From assembly GCA_014161675.1 (NCBI GenBank), contig GCA_014161675.1_4760.1: DNA of 64,000 bases. One strand, given 5' to 3'. Positions 20,956 through 35,905 of this stretch are shown here, in pieces; positions within the stretch are counted from its first letter, which is position 1; each line of letters opens with the position of its first letter. A model generated the notes under the pieces. The model searched no databases. It had not been told where the DNA came from and worked only from the letters and a program-made list of their open reading frames with translations. This DNA is from a phage. The position numbers and the translations under genes are program-made.

Positions 20956-21888
20956 ATGTCAGGATATGTAACCAATAACCCAAGAGAATTAAAAGACGCT
21001 ATTCTGCGTCGTTTAGGCGCACCAGTAATTAACGTAGAAGTAACAGAAGACCAGATTTACGATTGTATTCAGAGAGCATTAGAACTCTATGGGGAATATC
21101 ATTTCGATGGTGTGAATAAAGGATATAAAGTATTTCGTGTTAGTGCCGAGCAAGCGCAACACGGGGTATTTGATTTAAGCGATTCTGGAGTATTCGCAGT
21201 AACTAAAATAATTCGAACAAACGTAGGTAGCGCGGCTACGATGGATGGTACTGCCGTTTATCCGTGGTTTACTGACTTTCTGTTGGGTTTAGCTGGTGTA
21301 AATGGCGGTTTAGGATCTGGCTGTAGTAAATTTTATGGTCCAAATGCAATGGGTGGTGATCTAGGATATTTCGAACAGCTTATGAGCTATCGAGCCACTA
21401 TGCAAAATATGCTCAATCCGCTGCCAGATTATTGGTATAACAGCGCAAACGGACAACTTAAGATAACAGGAAACTTCCGAGAAGGTGATCTCATTGTTGT
21501 TGAATTATATGTTAAAAGCTATGTAGACGTTCCTGATATGATCGGCGCGGTTGCTGGTTATGCTCATGCTGGAGGATGTTCTACCGCTGGAGGGATTAGC
21601 GCCGTTTATGATAATCCAACTGCTGGTTTAAGCGGGATTGTTGCTGGCATGGGACCGATCAGTGAGAACAAGCAGGGCGCATATAATAACCGTTGGGTTA
21701 AAGACATGGCAACCGCTTTCACTAAGGAGGTGTGGGGGTCTATCATGGCTAAACATCAAGGTCTGCAATTACCCGGCGGTGTCACTGTTGATGGTATCCG
21801 AATCATTGAAGAAGCACGCGCCGACATTGAGAAATTGCGACAAGAACTAGAATTATTAGATCCTCCGTTCGGCATCCTCATGATTTGA
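20956..21888 (+). CDS. 13: Neck protein gp13
   Basis: 310 aa (T4 gp13 309 aa). Confidence 0.8.
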   Translation: MSGYVTNNPRELKDAILRRLGAPVINVEVTEDQIYDCIQRALELYGEYHFDGVNKGYKVFRVSAEQAQHGVFDLSDSGVFAVTKIIRTNVGSAATMDGTAVYPWFTDFLLGLAGVNGGLGSGCSKFYGPNAMGGDLGYFEQLMSYRATMQNMLNPLPDYWYNSANGQLKITGNFREGDLIVVELYVKSYVDVPDMIGAVAGYAHAGGCSTAGGISAVYDNPTAGLSGIVAGMGPISENKQGAYNNRWVKDMATAFTKEVWGSIMAKHQGLQLPGGVTVDGIRIIEEARADIEKLRQELELLDPPFGILMI

Positions 21889-21924
21889 TTTATTGGGGGA
21901 GTATTCCCCCATTTGGAGTAACAT

Positions 21925-22665
21925 ATGTTTAACAACACTCTTTTTGCTCGCCTTGAATCGCAAAAGGATTATGAGAATACACGACAAACAGAGATTCTTA
22001 ATCCTTATGTGAACTTTCACAAATATACAAATACTCAGACGTTAGCCGACGTTATGGTCGCCGAAGCTATTCAGATGCGAGGTGTAGAATTATATTACAT
22101 CCCTCGTGAATTTGTCAAACCAGATATGATCTTTGGTGAGGATGTTCAAAGCAAATTTACTAAAGCATGGAAATTTGCGGCGTATATTAACTCATTTGAT
22201 GGGTATGAAGGAGCGGGTAATTTCTTCTCTAGTTTCGGGTATCAAGCTAATGATGAATTAACTTTTACGGTTAACCCCAACCTATTCAAACATCAAGTAG
22301 ATGATCAAGAGCCAAAATCAGGTGACTTAATTTATATTCCGATGAGTAATGATTTATTTGAAATTAATTACGTTGAGCCATATCAGCCGTTTTTTCAGGC
22401 TGGCAAAAATGCCATGCGTAAAATTATTGCAGAGAAATTCGTGTATAGCGGTGAGGAATTGCGACCAGAATTACAACGCAATGAGGGAATTAATGTTGAT
22501 GAGTTTGCGGATCTGGATCTTGCACCGATCACTAATCTGGACGGGTTAACAGATATCAACCTAGATCAGTACAAAGAAGATAAGCAATTCAGAAGCGAAG
22601 GACAAGATTTTATTGATCCGTTTGATCCTATTAATGGCAAGGGTTCACCTTTCGCCGATTTTTGA
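21925..22665 (+). CDS. 14: Neck protein gp14
   Basis: 246 aa, conserved order 13-14-15. Confidence 0.8.
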   Translation: MFNNTLFARLESQKDYENTRQTEILNPYVNFHKYTNTQTLADVMVAEAIQMRGVELYYIPREFVKPDMIFGEDVQSKFTKAWKFAAYINSFDGYEGAGNFFSSFGYQANDELTFTVNPNLFKHQVDDQEPKSGDLIYIPMSNDLFEINYVEPYQPFFQAGKNAMRKIIAEKFVYSGEELRPELQRNEGINVDEFADLDLAPITNLDGLTDINLDQYKEDKQFRSEGQDFIDPFDPINGKGSPFADF

Positions 22666-23525
22666 TAAATACTCATAAACAAGGGGGTCAAATGTTCGGT
22701 TGGCACTATAATTCGTCAATTAGACGGTATATTGTATTGCTGGGTAATTTATTCTCCGGTGTACAAATTAAAAGGGTGCGTAGCGACGGTGAGCGTTTTA
22801 TTAAAGTTCCTATCACCTACGCAAAGAAAGAAAAATTCATGATGAGTCTGGACAAATATAACAATATCTCAAGTGAGGAAGACGTAGCAAAGGTAGAAAC
22901 TATTTTACCGCGTATGTGTCTTTCTTTGATTGATATGACATACGCCCAGAACTTTAAAACAAATATTGCAAATAAGACAGTACCAAAATATACGGCTGAT
23001 GGAATCAGGAGCGTAACACAATATAATCCTGTACCATATAAGTTTACTTTCGAGTTAGGGATTTATACGCGTAACGAAGATGATATGTTTCAGATAATTG
23101 AACAGATTCTTCCTTACTTCCAGCCTCATTTTAACTGTAAGATTAAAGAACTACACGGTAATGATGTATGGATTGATCGAGATATTCAGGTCACAATTAG
23201 TTCTATTACTCCAGATGAACAGGTAGGAGAAGATAAGTTTTCTCGTCGTCGTCTTGAGTGGACCATTATGTTCGAATTTATCGGGTTTATATATCCTCCA
23301 GCTACCGACGTTAAGGGGGAAATTAGAACGATTTATCTTGATTTTCATGCCAATTCTCGTGAATTGAATCCTAGCGGTAATTTTGAATCCGTGGATCACG
23401 AGGTCGTTAAACGTGACGTCGAGCAAGATGATTGGGACGGAACTATCAAAGAATCATATTCTAGTGATATTCCAATACCAGTTGCACCGACCCCACCGGG
23501 TCCACGTATTGTAAGAGAATTTTAA
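22662..23525 (+). CDS. 15: Tail sheath stabilizer / tail terminator gp15
   Basis: 287 aa, overlapping start with gene 14 stop. Confidence 0.8.
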   Translation: MINTHKQGGQMFGWHYNSSIRRYIVLLGNLFSGVQIKRVRSDGERFIKVPITYAKKEKFMMSLDKYNNISSEEDVAKVETILPRMCLSLIDMTYAQNFKTNIANKTVPKYTADGIRSVTQYNPVPYKFTFELGIYTRNEDDMFQIIEQILPYFQPHFNCKIKELHGNDVWIDRDIQVTISSITPDEQVGEDKFSRRRLEWTIMFEFIGFIYPPATDVKGEIRTIYLDFHANSRELNPSGNFESVDHEVVKRDVEQDDWDGTIKESYSSDIPIPVAPTPPGPRIVREF

Positions 23526-23538
23526 GAGGTAATTTATT

Positions 23539-27141
<3,603 letters not shown>

Positions 27142-27172
27142 CGATAATGCATAAAAAGATGAGGAAATTCTA

Positions 27173-29176
27173 ATGACTCTATTATCACCGGGTTTCGAAA
27201 CGAAAGAAACTACTCTCTCCACTACCATTGTGCAATCTGCGACTGGTCGCGCGGCACTGGTGGGTAAATTCCAATGGGGTCCAGCTTTCCAAATTGTTCA
27301 AGTAACTAATGAAGTTGAATTAGTTAATAAATTTGGTCAGCCGGATAATAACACCGCAGACTATTTCATTAGCGGGGCTAACTTCCTCCAGTACGGTAAT
27401 GATCTGCGTGTTGTTCGCGTATTGAATAAAGAAAAAGCGAAAAACGCAACTGCCCTAGCTGGTAACATCGAGTTTGAAATCACAAACGAAGGTTCAAACT
27501 ATGAAGTAGGTGATACCATCAAGATTAAACATAACCGTCAAGATATTGAAACGGCTGGTAAAGTAACTAAAGTTGATGGTGATGGTAAAGTTAAGGGCGT
27601 ATTTATCCCAACTGGTAAAATTATCGCTCACGCTAAAGCAATCGGTGTATATCCAGAACTTGATGGCGGTTGGACGGCAGAGTTCACTTCTTCGTCAGGT
27701 AACGGTAGTGCGGCGCTGTCAGTGACTAAAATTGTTACTGATTCCGGTCTTCTGTTAACGGATCTGGAAACTTCCCGCGCCAATATCACAAATCAAACTT
27801 TCTTGACTAAACTCCAGAAGTATGATATGCCAGCGGTAAGTGCAATCTATGCTGGTGAGATCGGCAACTCTCTGGAAGTTGAAATTCTGGCACGTAGCGC
27901 GTTCAGTGGCGCGGTAGCACCTGAATTAACCATGTATCCGTTCGGCGGAACTCGTGCCGCAGCACGCAACCTGATTCCATATGCACCGCAGAATGATAAT
28001 CAATATGCATTTATTGTTCGTCGCGATGGTGTTGTGGTAGAATCCTATGTACTGTCTACTCTGAAAGGGGATAAAGACGTATACGGCAATTCTATCTACA
28101 TGGACGACTTCTTTGCTCGTGGTTCTAGCCAGTACATCTATGCAACCGCTCAAGGATGGGTAGATGGTTTCAGTGGTATTATCTCTCTTGCTGGTGGTGT
28201 TTCTGCTAACGAAGCAACGACTGCTGGTGTTGGTGCTGATCCGTTCATCGGTGCGATGATGCAAGGTTGGGATCTGTTTGCTGAACGAGAATCTATTCAC
28301 GTAAACCTGTTGATCGCTGGTGCATGTGCTGGCGAAGGCGATGCGTTCTCTACCGTACAGAAACATGCTGTTTCCATCGGTGATGAGCGTCAGGATTGCT
28401 TAGTAATGGTTTCTCCGCCGCGTAGCACTGTTGTTAATATTCCGGTGACTACCGCAATTGATAACCTGATTGCATGGCGCGAAGGTTCAGGAAACTATAA
28501 TGAAAACAACATGAACATTAATACCACTTACGCTGTTATTGATGGTAACTACAAATATCAGTATGACAAATACAACGACGTAAACCGTTGGGTTCCGTTG
28601 GCTGCTGATATTGCTGGTCTGTGCGCTCGTACTGATGCTGTATCCCAGCCGTGGATGAGTCCGGCAGGTTATAACCGTGGTCAGATCATGAACGTGGTTA
28701 AACTGGCAATTGAGCCTCGCAAAGCGCACCGCGATCGTCTGTATCAGGCCGCAATTAACCCGGTGATCGGTGCTGGTGGTGAAGGGTTTATCTTGATGGG
28801 TGATAAAACCGCTACGACTGTTCCTAGCCCGTTTGACCGCATTAACGTTCGTCGTCTGTTTAACATGCTGAAAAAGAATATCGGCGATTCAAGCAAATAC
28901 AAACTGTTTGAAAACAATGATAACTTTACTCGCGCTTCCTTCCGTATGGAGGTTTCGCAATATCTCAGCACGATTCGCTCTCTGGGTGGAATTTATGACT
29001 TCCGAGTACAATGCGACACCACGAATAACACGCCGGATGTAATTGATCGTAACGAATTTGTTGCTAGTATGTTCATCAAACCAGCAAAATCGATCAACTA
29101 TATCATGCTCAATTTCACTGCTGTTGCAACTGGTTCTGATTTTGACGAAATTATCGGTCCAGCTAACCAGGCATAA
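27173..29176 (+). CDS. 18: Tail sheath protein gp18
   Basis: 667 aa (T4 gp18 659 aa), follows terminase as in T4. Confidence 0.9.
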   Translation: MTLLSPGFETKETTLSTTIVQSATGRAALVGKFQWGPAFQIVQVTNEVELVNKFGQPDNNTADYFISGANFLQYGNDLRVVRVLNKEKAKNATALAGNIEFEITNEGSNYEVGDTIKIKHNRQDIETAGKVTKVDGDGKVKGVFIPTGKIIAHAKAIGVYPELDGGWTAEFTSSSGNGSAALSVTKIVTDSGLLLTDLETSRANITNQTFLTKLQKYDMPAVSAIYAGEIGNSLEVEILARSAFSGAVAPELTMYPFGGTRAAARNLIPYAPQNDNQYAFIVRRDGVVVESYVLSTLKGDKDVYGNSIYMDDFFARGSSQYIYATAQGWVDGFSGIISLAGGVSANEATTAGVGADPFIGAMMQGWDLFAERESIHVNLLIAGACAGEGDAFSTVQKHAVSIGDERQDCLVMVSPPRSTVVNIPVTTAIDNLIAWREGSGNYNENNMNINTTYAVIDGNYKYQYDKYNDVNRWVPLAADIAGLCARTDAVSQPWMSPAGYNRGQIMNVVKLAIEPRKAHRDRLYQAAINPVIGAGGEGFILMGDKTATTVPSPFDRINVRRLFNMLKKNIGDSSKYKLFENNDNFTRASFRMEVSQYLSTIRSLGGIYDFRVQCDTTNNTPDVIDRNEFVASMFIKPAKSINYIMLNFTAVATGSDFDEIIGPANQA

Positions 29177-29209
29177 TCAGTAAATTAGCATAGATTAAAA
29201 GTTAAATCA

Positions 29210-29230
29210 AGCGGGGAGAAAATCCCCGCT
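29210..29230 (+). terminator. Stem-loop (attenuator/terminator-like) between genes 18 and 19
   Basis: AGCGGGGA-gaaaa-TCCCCGCT, 8-bp GC-rich stem. Confidence 0.5.
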
Positions 29231-29249
29231 CTATTAAGGAATATCAATT

Positions 29250-29744
29250 ATGGCACTCGATTTGAATGATATTACACGCGGTTTCGAGTCTGGCGATTTT
29301 GCTCGTCCTAACCTGTTTGAAGTTGAGATCCCGTATCTGGGGCAAAACTTTAAGCTGATGTGTAAGGCTGCGACTGTCCCGGCTGCTACCGTAGAAAAAA
29401 TTGCTATAGGCTATCAAAACCGTAAAATTAACATCGCTGGCGACCGTGTATACGACGACTGGACCATCACTGTATTCAACGATGACGCACACAAGATCCG
29501 TGATGCTATCGTTGCATGGAGCGATCAGACACACGGCACTGGTTCGGCGATCACGGGTGCAACTCCTGCACAATATAAGAAACAAGCTATTGTTCGTCAA
29601 CTTAACCGTAACACCGAATCAACTAGCGAAAAAACATTGTACGGTATTTTCCCGACCAACGTTGGTGAAGTAACCCTCGATTGGGAACAAAACAACGAAG
29701 TTGAAACGTTTGAAGTTACTTTTGCTATCGATTGGGTAGAATAA
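29250..29744 (+). CDS. 19: Tail tube protein gp19
   Basis: 164 aa (T4 gp19 163 aa). Confidence 0.9.
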   Translation: MALDLNDITRGFESGDFARPNLFEVEIPYLGQNFKLMCKAATVPAATVEKIAIGYQNRKINIAGDRVYDDWTITVFNDDAHKIRDAIVAWSDQTHGTGSAITGATPAQYKKQAIVRQLNRNTESTSEKTLYGIFPTNVGEVTLDWEQNNEVETFEVTFAIDWVE

Positions 29745-29756
29745 ATATATTATCAT

Positions 29757-29775
29757 GCGGGGAGAAGTTCCCCGC
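29757..29775 (+). terminator. Stem-loop between genes 19 and 20, near-copy of the one upstream of gene 19
   Basis: GCGGGGA-gaag-TTCCCCGC. Confidence 0.5.
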
Positions 29776-29802
29776 CTAATTTCTCCCAATTCGAGGTGAA
29801 TA

Positions 29803-31368
29803 ATGTTTAGTAGATTAAAAATGCTTGCGCGTTGGGCTGATTTTGACAACGACAAATACGAAGAACAAATTAAAGATAAAGCAGAGTCTATCGCCGCACC
29901 TAAAAACAATGATGGTGCTACGGAAGTAGAAATTAACGATAATTCACCTGCTAGCTCGTGGAACTCTCTTACCCAGCAATTTTACAGCACCGACCAGAAA
30001 ATCAGCACAACTAAGCAATTAGTTAACACATATCGCGGTTTGATGAATAACCATGAAGTCGAAAACGCTGTACAAAATATCGTTAACGATGCGATTGTAT
30101 TTGAAGAAGGTCATGAAGTTGTTTCATTAAATCTTGAGGCGACTGGCTTTAGTGAATCTGTAAAAGAGCGCATTCATGAAGAATTTAAAGATCTTTTAAA
30201 CACTATCCAGTTTGATAAGCGTGGTCAGGATATGTTCCGTCGCTGGTATGTCGATTCTCGTATTTTCTTCCATAAAATCATCGGCAAAAATCCAAAAGAT
30301 GGTATCGTAGAATTACGCCAGCTTGACCCACGAAATCTTGAATATGTTCGCGAGATCATTACAGAAGACACACCGGAAGGTAAAATTTATAAAGCAACGA
30401 AAGAATATTTCATTTACACTGTAGGCAATAGCTCTTATTGCGCGGGTGGTCAAGTATTCTCTCCCAATAGTCGCGTTAAAATCCCGCGTAGTGCTATTAC
30501 ATACGCTCACAGCGGCTTGATGGATTGCGATGATAAATATATCATTGGTTATTTGCATCGGGCTGTTAAGCCAGCAAACCAGCTTAAATTGTTGGAAGAC
30601 GCAATGGTCGTTTATCGTATCACGCGTGCACCGGAACGCCGAGTGTTCTTTATTGATACCGGAAACATGAACAACCGCAAGGCTGCACAGCACATGAACT
30701 CAGTGGCACAGTCTTTTAAAAACCGCGTTGTTTATGATGCATCGACTGGTAAACTTAAAAACCAGCAAGCAAATCTATCAATGACAGAGGACTACTGGTT
30801 ACAGCGTCGAGATGGTAAAGCAATCACCGACGTTACTACTTTACCCGGTGCATCCGGTATGAGTGATATCGATGATATTCGCTACTTTAACCGTAAATTG
30901 TATGAAGCGTTGCGTGTACCATTGTCACGCAGTAATCTCTCCGATGCTAATATGGTGATCGGTGGTGACGGTTCAGAAATTACTCGCGATGAGTTGGAAT
31001 TTTCGAAATTCATTAGAACTCTGCAATCACAGTTTTCGGAAGTATTGCGCGATCCTCTGAAATATAATCTGATTCTCAAAAATGTAATTACGGAAGACGA
31101 TTGGGATCGTGAAATAAATAATATCAAGGTGGTTTTCCATCGGGACTCTTATTATACAGAAGTTAAAGACGCGGAAATTTTAGAACGTCGAATCGGTCTA
31201 ATCGAACGTATTACACCTTACATTGGTAAATATTTCTCTAACCAGACAGTGATGCGTGACATTCTGAAATATACCGATGACCAGATGGACACCGAGAAGA
31301 AACAGATCGAAGAAGAAGCGAACGATCCGCGCTTTAAACAAACTCCCGATGAAATAGAGGATTTTTAA
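29803..31368 (+). CDS. 20: Portal vertex protein gp20
   Basis: 521 aa; long identical stretches with T4 gp20 (e.g. HFRRWYVDSRIFFHKII, IIGYLHRAVKPANQLKLLEDA, MTEDYWLQRRDGKA). Confidence 0.95.
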   Translation: MFSRLKMLARWADFDNDKYEEQIKDKAESIAAPKNNDGATEVEINDNSPASSWNSLTQQFYSTDQKISTTKQLVNTYRGLMNNHEVENAVQNIVNDAIVFEEGHEVVSLNLEATGFSESVKERIHEEFKDLLNTIQFDKRGQDMFRRWYVDSRIFFHKIIGKNPKDGIVELRQLDPRNLEYVREIITEDTPEGKIYKATKEYFIYTVGNSSYCAGGQVFSPNSRVKIPRSAITYAHSGLMDCDDKYIIGYLHRAVKPANQLKLLEDAMVVYRITRAPERRVFFIDTGNMNNRKAAQHMNSVAQSFKNRVVYDASTGKLKNQQANLSMTEDYWLQRRDGKAITDVTTLPGASGMSDIDDIRYFNRKLYEALRVPLSRSNLSDANMVIGGDGSEITRDELEFSKFIRTLQSQFSEVLRDPLKYNLILKNVITEDDWDREINNIKVVFHRDSYYTEVKDAEILERRIGLIERITPYIGKYFSNQTVMRDILKYTDDQMDTEKKQIEEEANDPRFKQTPDEIEDF

Positions 31369-31608
31369 ATGAAACAATTTATCGAAGCAATTAAAACTCG
31401 CGATCTAACGCTGATCGAAAAAGAATTTGATAAGATCATGGAGGCTAAAAAAGCCCAGATCATCGAATCCCAGCGTGTCGAAATCGCATCCAGTATCATG
31501 ATCGAAGGTGAAGAAGAAAAAGACCGCGATGATGAAGATATGGAAGATGAGGACGACGAAGACGAAGAACACAAAGACGATAAAAAAGACAAAGAAGACG
31601 ACGAATAA
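31369..31608 (+). CDS. 67: Prohead core protein gp67
   Basis: 79 aa with highly acidic C-terminal tail, position after gene 20. Confidence 0.75.
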   Translation: MKQFIEAIKTRDLTLIEKEFDKIMEAKKAQIIESQRVEIASSIMIEGEEEKDRDDEDMEDEDDEDEEHKDDKKDKEDDE

Positions 31609-31620
31609 TAGGAAGCCAAC

Positions 31621-32028
31621 ATGATTAAAGATTTTACTCCTAAAGCTGACTTAGAAACTTTTCTGCCGGAAGCACAGGAAAAATTGGACATGTTGGCTAT
31701 GTTTGAGTCAGAAGAACTATTGAAAATCGTTGAAGGTATCTCCGAGGATGAGCCGGAACTGGCGGTAGCAATGCTGTCTATCATCGACGGAATTACTGTA
31801 AATGAAGCAATGGTTAAACATGTAAACGCACGCGGGGAAGTTGCACGTAAGAAAGATCGCAAAACCCGTGAGCGCAATGCTTACATGACTACTGGCCTAA
31901 GCAAAGCTAAACGCCGTCAAATTGCCCGTCGTGCTGCAAAAACCAAACGTGCAAATCCATCTATCGAACGTCATGCGGAACGTAAGCGCAAAAAAGCAAT
32001 GCGTAAACGTAAGGCGTTAGGATTATAA
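31621..32028 (+). CDS. 68: Prohead core protein gp68
   Basis: 135 aa, basic C-terminus, conserved position. Confidence 0.75.
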   Translation: MIKDFTPKADLETFLPEAQEKLDMLAMFESEELLKIVEGISEDEPELAVAMLSIIDGITVNEAMVKHVNARGEVARKKDRKTRERNAYMTTGLSKAKRRQIARRAAKTKRANPSIERHAERKRKKAMRKRKALGL

Positions 32029-32039
32029 CAGGAAACAAC

Positions 32040-32735
32040 ATGGAAAAGAACGAATTACTGATCGAACAATGGGGCGTTCCTTGTGCTCGCGGTAGTTCGT
32101 CATTGCTTGAATCATTTGATGATAAGGCTACAGGAAATCTCTATATTCAAGGGATTTTCCTGCAAGCCGAAACAGTAAACCGCAATAAACGCTGGTATCC
32201 TCGCAGTGTTCTAGAAAATGCGGTTACTAAATACATACATGAACAAGTTGAGACACATCAAGCTCTAGGCGAACTTAATCACCCAGCAAGAGCAATGCCA
32301 GATCCATCTAATGCTTGCATCATAATTGAAAAATTATGGTGGGAAGGTAATAACGTGATGGGTAAAGCCCGTGTTATTGAAGGGGATAAAGGCGCAGGTG
32401 ATAAACTTGCTGCACTGATTCGCGCTGGCTGGATTCCTGGCGTTTCCTCCCGTGGGTTGGGTCGGTTGAAAGACTCTGGTCGCGGATACAATATTGTACA
32501 GGAAGGTTTTGTGTTGACGGTTGGTGTTGATGTTGTATGGGGTCCGAGCGCACCAGATGCGTGGGTAACTCCTGTGGTTGAGTCAACGGATAGCGATTCT
32601 AGCGCGTCAGACGCACCAGAAAGCGATAAAACCGAAAAAGTGACTAACCCTACAGCCTCACAACAAAACATCGTAGAATCGAATAATAGCGCGTTTATGG
32701 CGCTCGCAGAAGCGTTATCTAAACGCTATAAATAA
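32040..32735 (+). CDS. 21: Prohead core protease gp21
   Basis: 231 aa, conserved position between 68 and 22. Confidence 0.8.
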   Translation: MEKNELLIEQWGVPCARGSSSLLESFDDKATGNLYIQGIFLQAETVNRNKRWYPRSVLENAVTKYIHEQVETHQALGELNHPARAMPDPSNACIIIEKLWWEGNNVMGKARVIEGDKGAGDKLAALIRAGWIPGVSSRGLGRLKDSGRGYNIVQEGFVLTVGVDVVWGPSAPDAWVTPVVESTDSDSSASDAPESDKTEKVTNPTASQQNIVESNNSAFMALAEALSKRYK

Positions 32736-32766
32736 TAACGTCGTTATCAACAAGAAGGTTATAACC

Positions 32767-33561
32767 ATGCTTAAAGAAATGCTGCTCGAAGAAGCAAAAC
32801 AGATCACCGTAGACGTTGCTCTCGATGACCTGTTTGAATCCGTCGAACTGTCGCCGGAAGTAAAAGAAAATTTTGGTACTATCTACGCTCAGGCGGTAAA
32901 AGCTAATGCTGTTGCTCTGGCAGAAAGCCACATTGAAAAAATCGCCGCTAAAGCCGATGAACTGGTAGAATCAAAGGTCGAAGAAGCACGCACCGAGATT
33001 GAAACCAAACTGTACGAAGATGCAGATAAATTCCTGAATCACTTAGGCGCTAAATGGCTGGCAGAAAATAAAGAAGCCGTCACCCGTAATATTAAAGCGG
33101 ATCTGTGCGAATCCCTGATTGGTTCTCTGAAAGATGTTTTCGTTACTCACAATGTTGTAGTACCGGAAGAATCTGTAGACGTTGTTGCTGAACTTGACGA
33201 AGCACTCAAAGAAGAAAAAGAAAAAACCTCTGAACTCTTTGATGCCAAACTGCAACTTGAAAGCGAAATTCGTGGCATGAAGCGCGAACAAGCGATCAAT
33301 GAAAGCACTCGTGATCTTTCCGATACTCAGAAAGAAAAAGTAACCGCGCTGATTGAAGGTCTGGAATATAGCGAAACTTTCGATAAGAAATTAACTGCAA
33401 TTGTCGAAATGGTTGCTAAGAAAGAAGACAAACCAGCGAAGATTGAAGAATCACTAAATACTGATGCCGACAAGCTGAATGTTATTGCAGAAGCTGTCGA
33501 AGAATCAGAGAAAAAAGCAACTGTAGATTCCGGCGTATCTCGCTACCTGAATTTCATCTAA
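32767..33561 (+). CDS. 22: Prohead core scaffold protein gp22
   Basis: 264 aa, Glu/Lys-rich coiled-coil protein (T4 gp22 269 aa). Confidence 0.8.
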   Translation: MLKEMLLEEAKQITVDVALDDLFESVELSPEVKENFGTIYAQAVKANAVALAESHIEKIAAKADELVESKVEEARTEIETKLYEDADKFLNHLGAKWLAENKEAVTRNIKADLCESLIGSLKDVFVTHNVVVPEESVDVVAELDEALKEEKEKTSELFDAKLQLESEIRGMKREQAINESTRDLSDTQKEKVTALIEGLEYSETFDKKLTAIVEMVAKKEDKPAKIEESLNTDADKLNVIAEAVEESEKKATVDSGVSRYLNFI

Positions 33562-33619
33562 TGCAATTCAAATCTACTAATAAATACTTTAGGTTAACAA
33601 CAAACAAGGTTTAAAGAAC

Positions 33620-35206
33620 ATGAAAACTACCAAAGAACTGATGGAAAAATGGTCCCCGCTGCTGGAGAACGAAAAACTGCCGGAAATCGCAACTGCGTCT
33701 AAGCAGAAACTGGTTGCTAAAATTCTGGAATCTCAGGAAGCGGATTTTGCTGTAGACCCGATCTATAAGGATGAAAAAGTTGTTGAAGCATTCGGTGGCT
33801 TTATCGCAGAAGCCGAAGTTGCTGGCGACCACGGTTATGACGCATCTCAGATCGCGGCTGGTCAGACCACTGGTGCAATCACTAACGTAGGTCCGGCTGT
33901 TATCGGTATGGTTCGCCGTGCTATTCCTAACCTGATCGCATTTGATATTTGTGGCGTTCAGCCGATGAGCACTCCGACTAGCCAGATCTTTGCAATCCGT
34001 TCTGTATACGGTGGCGATCCGCTGAAATCCGGTGCTCGCGAAGCATTCCATCCGATGTATGCACCTGATGCGTTCCATAGCTCTCTTGCTGCTAAAGAGG
34101 CAACTGTAGGTTCACCAACTGGTACTGCATTCGCTAAACTAACTCTCAATAATCAGATTGAAGCAGGTGATATTGTACACCACACCTTCGCAGAAACTGG
34201 TATTGCATATCTGCAAAACGTTACCTCAGATGCAGTAACCCCAGCCAAAGCTGGCAGCGAGTCAGAAGATGAAGTTGTCATGAAGCTGATGGAAGAAGGT
34301 AAACTGGCTGAAATCGCTTTCGGTATGGCTACTTCCATTGCCGAAATTCAGGAAGGCTTTAACGGTTCCAGCAATAACCCGTGGGCTGAAATGTCAATGC
34401 GTATTGACAAACAGGTTGTTGAAGCGAAATCTCGCCAACTGAAAGCTCGTTATTCTATCGAAGTTGCGCAGGATCTGCGTGCTGTACACGGTATGGATGC
34501 TGACGCCGAACTGAATGCTATCCTGGCTAACGAAGTTCTGCTTGAAATCAACCGCGAAATCGTTGATGTGATCAACTTTACCGCTCAGGTTGGTAAGACT
34601 GGTATGACTCAGACCGTTGGTTCTAAAGCTGGTGTATTTGACCTGCAAGACCCGATCGATACTCGCGGTGCTCGTTGGGCTGGTGAATCCTTCAAATCTC
34701 TGATCTACCAGATCGACAAAGAAGCTGCTGAAATCGCTCGTCAGACTGGTCGCGGTGCTGGTAACTTTGTTATCGCTTCCCGTAACGTTGTAAACATTCT
34801 GGCTTCTGCTGATCAGGGTATCAGTCTTGCTATGCAGGGTGCTGCAAAAGGTCTGAATACCGACACCACTAAAGCTGTTTTCGCTGGTGTTCTGGCTGGT
34901 AAGTACAAAGTATTCATCGACCAGTATGCTCGTCAGGACTACTTCACCGTAGGTTACAAAGGCGACAACGAAATGGATGCTGGTATCTACTATGCTCCGT
35001 ATGTTGCTCTGACTCCGCTGCGTGCAACTGATCCGCAGTCTTTCCACCCGGTTCTGGGCTTCAAGACTCGCTACGGCATCGGTATTAACCCGTTTGCAGA
35101 CAGCAAATCCCAGGCACCGTCCGCTCGCATCACCTCCGGTATGTTGAGCAAAGACAGCGTAGGTAAAAACGCATACTTCCGTCGTGTATGGGTTAAAGGT
35201 TGCTAA
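33620..35206 (+). CDS. 23: Major capsid protein gp23
   Basis: 528 aa; long identical blocks with T4 gp23 (VRRAIPNLIAFDICGVQPM, EAKSRQLKA.YSIE.AQDLRAVHGMDADAEL, DAGIYYAPYVALTPLR). Confidence 0.95.
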   Translation: MKTTKELMEKWSPLLENEKLPEIATASKQKLVAKILESQEADFAVDPIYKDEKVVEAFGGFIAEAEVAGDHGYDASQIAAGQTTGAITNVGPAVIGMVRRAIPNLIAFDICGVQPMSTPTSQIFAIRSVYGGDPLKSGAREAFHPMYAPDAFHSSLAAKEATVGSPTGTAFAKLTLNNQIEAGDIVHHTFAETGIAYLQNVTSDAVTPAKAGSESEDEVVMKLMEEGKLAEIAFGMATSIAEIQEGFNGSSNNPWAEMSMRIDKQVVEAKSRQLKARYSIEVAQDLRAVHGMDADAELNAILANEVLLEINREIVDVINFTAQVGKTGMTQTVGSKAGVFDLQDPIDTRGARWAGESFKSLIYQIDKEAAEIARQTGRGAGNFVIASRNVVNILASADQGISLAMQGAAKGLNTDTTKAVFAGVLAGKYKVFIDQYARQDYFTVGYKGDNEMDAGIYYAPYVALTPLRATDPQSFHPVLGFKTRYGIGINPFADSKSQAPSARITSGMLSKDSVGKNAYFRRVWVKGC

Positions 35207-35290
35207 TATAAGCCATTCCTGAAAACTCCTGTCGGGTGCAATGCCCGACTTATCATAAACCTTATGACAGTGTAAAGTGTTAATTCCAAA

Positions 35291-35320
35291 GGGAAGACTC
35301 GAAAGGGTCTTCCCTTTTTG
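35291..35320 (+). terminator. Rho-independent terminator after gene 23 (second of two tandem hairpins)
   Basis: GGGAAGAC-tcgaaag-GGTCTTCCC followed by TTTTTG; a weaker hairpin GTCGGG-tgcaat-GCCCGAC lies at 35231-35249. Confidence 0.7.
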
Positions 35321-35705
35321 CGTATTATAACCCGTTATAAATAAGGTTGCAAGCCTATATTCTATTGGGAGCGAAAATAGATACACACAACAAAGACAGG
35401 AAGATGCAGAACATCGGTGGGTTGCGATCCTAAATCCGGTGGCTATGATATGTGATTGATTTTGATGCTGGATTTATTAAAACACAACAAACAATTCCAC
35501 CAATTTTCGTAGTAACTGCATGGCAAAGGGACCAATGAATGAAATGAGCGTTCATGTTGATATTGGGTCGGATCTATTTGATAGATATACAAGATCTGGT
35601 GTATGCCGACCTTGTTATGACATTCCATTGTGACGCTAGCGGTAATTTTTGGTTTTGGTACGCTGTTCCCCGAATTAACCCAAAATTCTCCATAAGGAGG
35701 AATGC

Positions 35706-35858
35706 ATGAGTAAGAAAGAAAACAGCTATGTTATGACTCGTAAGGAATACAACGAATTGATGTTAGCATTAGCTTATGCAATTATTCGTTCTGATCATGC
35801 AATTAATCTGGTAAACAAAGTTAACCGTAGCGTTGATAATGTTTCTAGGAAGAAGTAA
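35706..35858 (+). CDS. Hypothetical small protein (50 aa) between genes 23 and 24
   Basis: ATG preceded by strong AAGGAGG RBS at 35693-35699; below the 60-aa ORF-track cutoff. Confidence 0.4.
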   Translation: MSKKENSYVMTRKEYNELMLALAYAIIRSDHAINLVNKVNRSVDNVSRKK

Positions 35859-35897
35859 GTTTATTTTTGGAATCCTTTGGATTCCTTTTTCTTTTTG

Positions 35898-35905
35898 TAT
35901 AAATA
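35898..35905 (+). promoter_or_regulatory. T4-type late promoter (TATAAATA) for gene 24
   Basis: Exact TATAAATA ~38 nt upstream of the preferred gene 24 ATG at 35943. Confidence 0.55.

Noticed and set aside
31369-31877. Long minus-strand ORF 31365..31877 (170 aa, Ser-rich) antisense to genes 67/68
   Set aside because: It is low-complexity (poly-Ser) and mirrors the acidic Asp/Glu-rich region of gp67 on the opposite strand.
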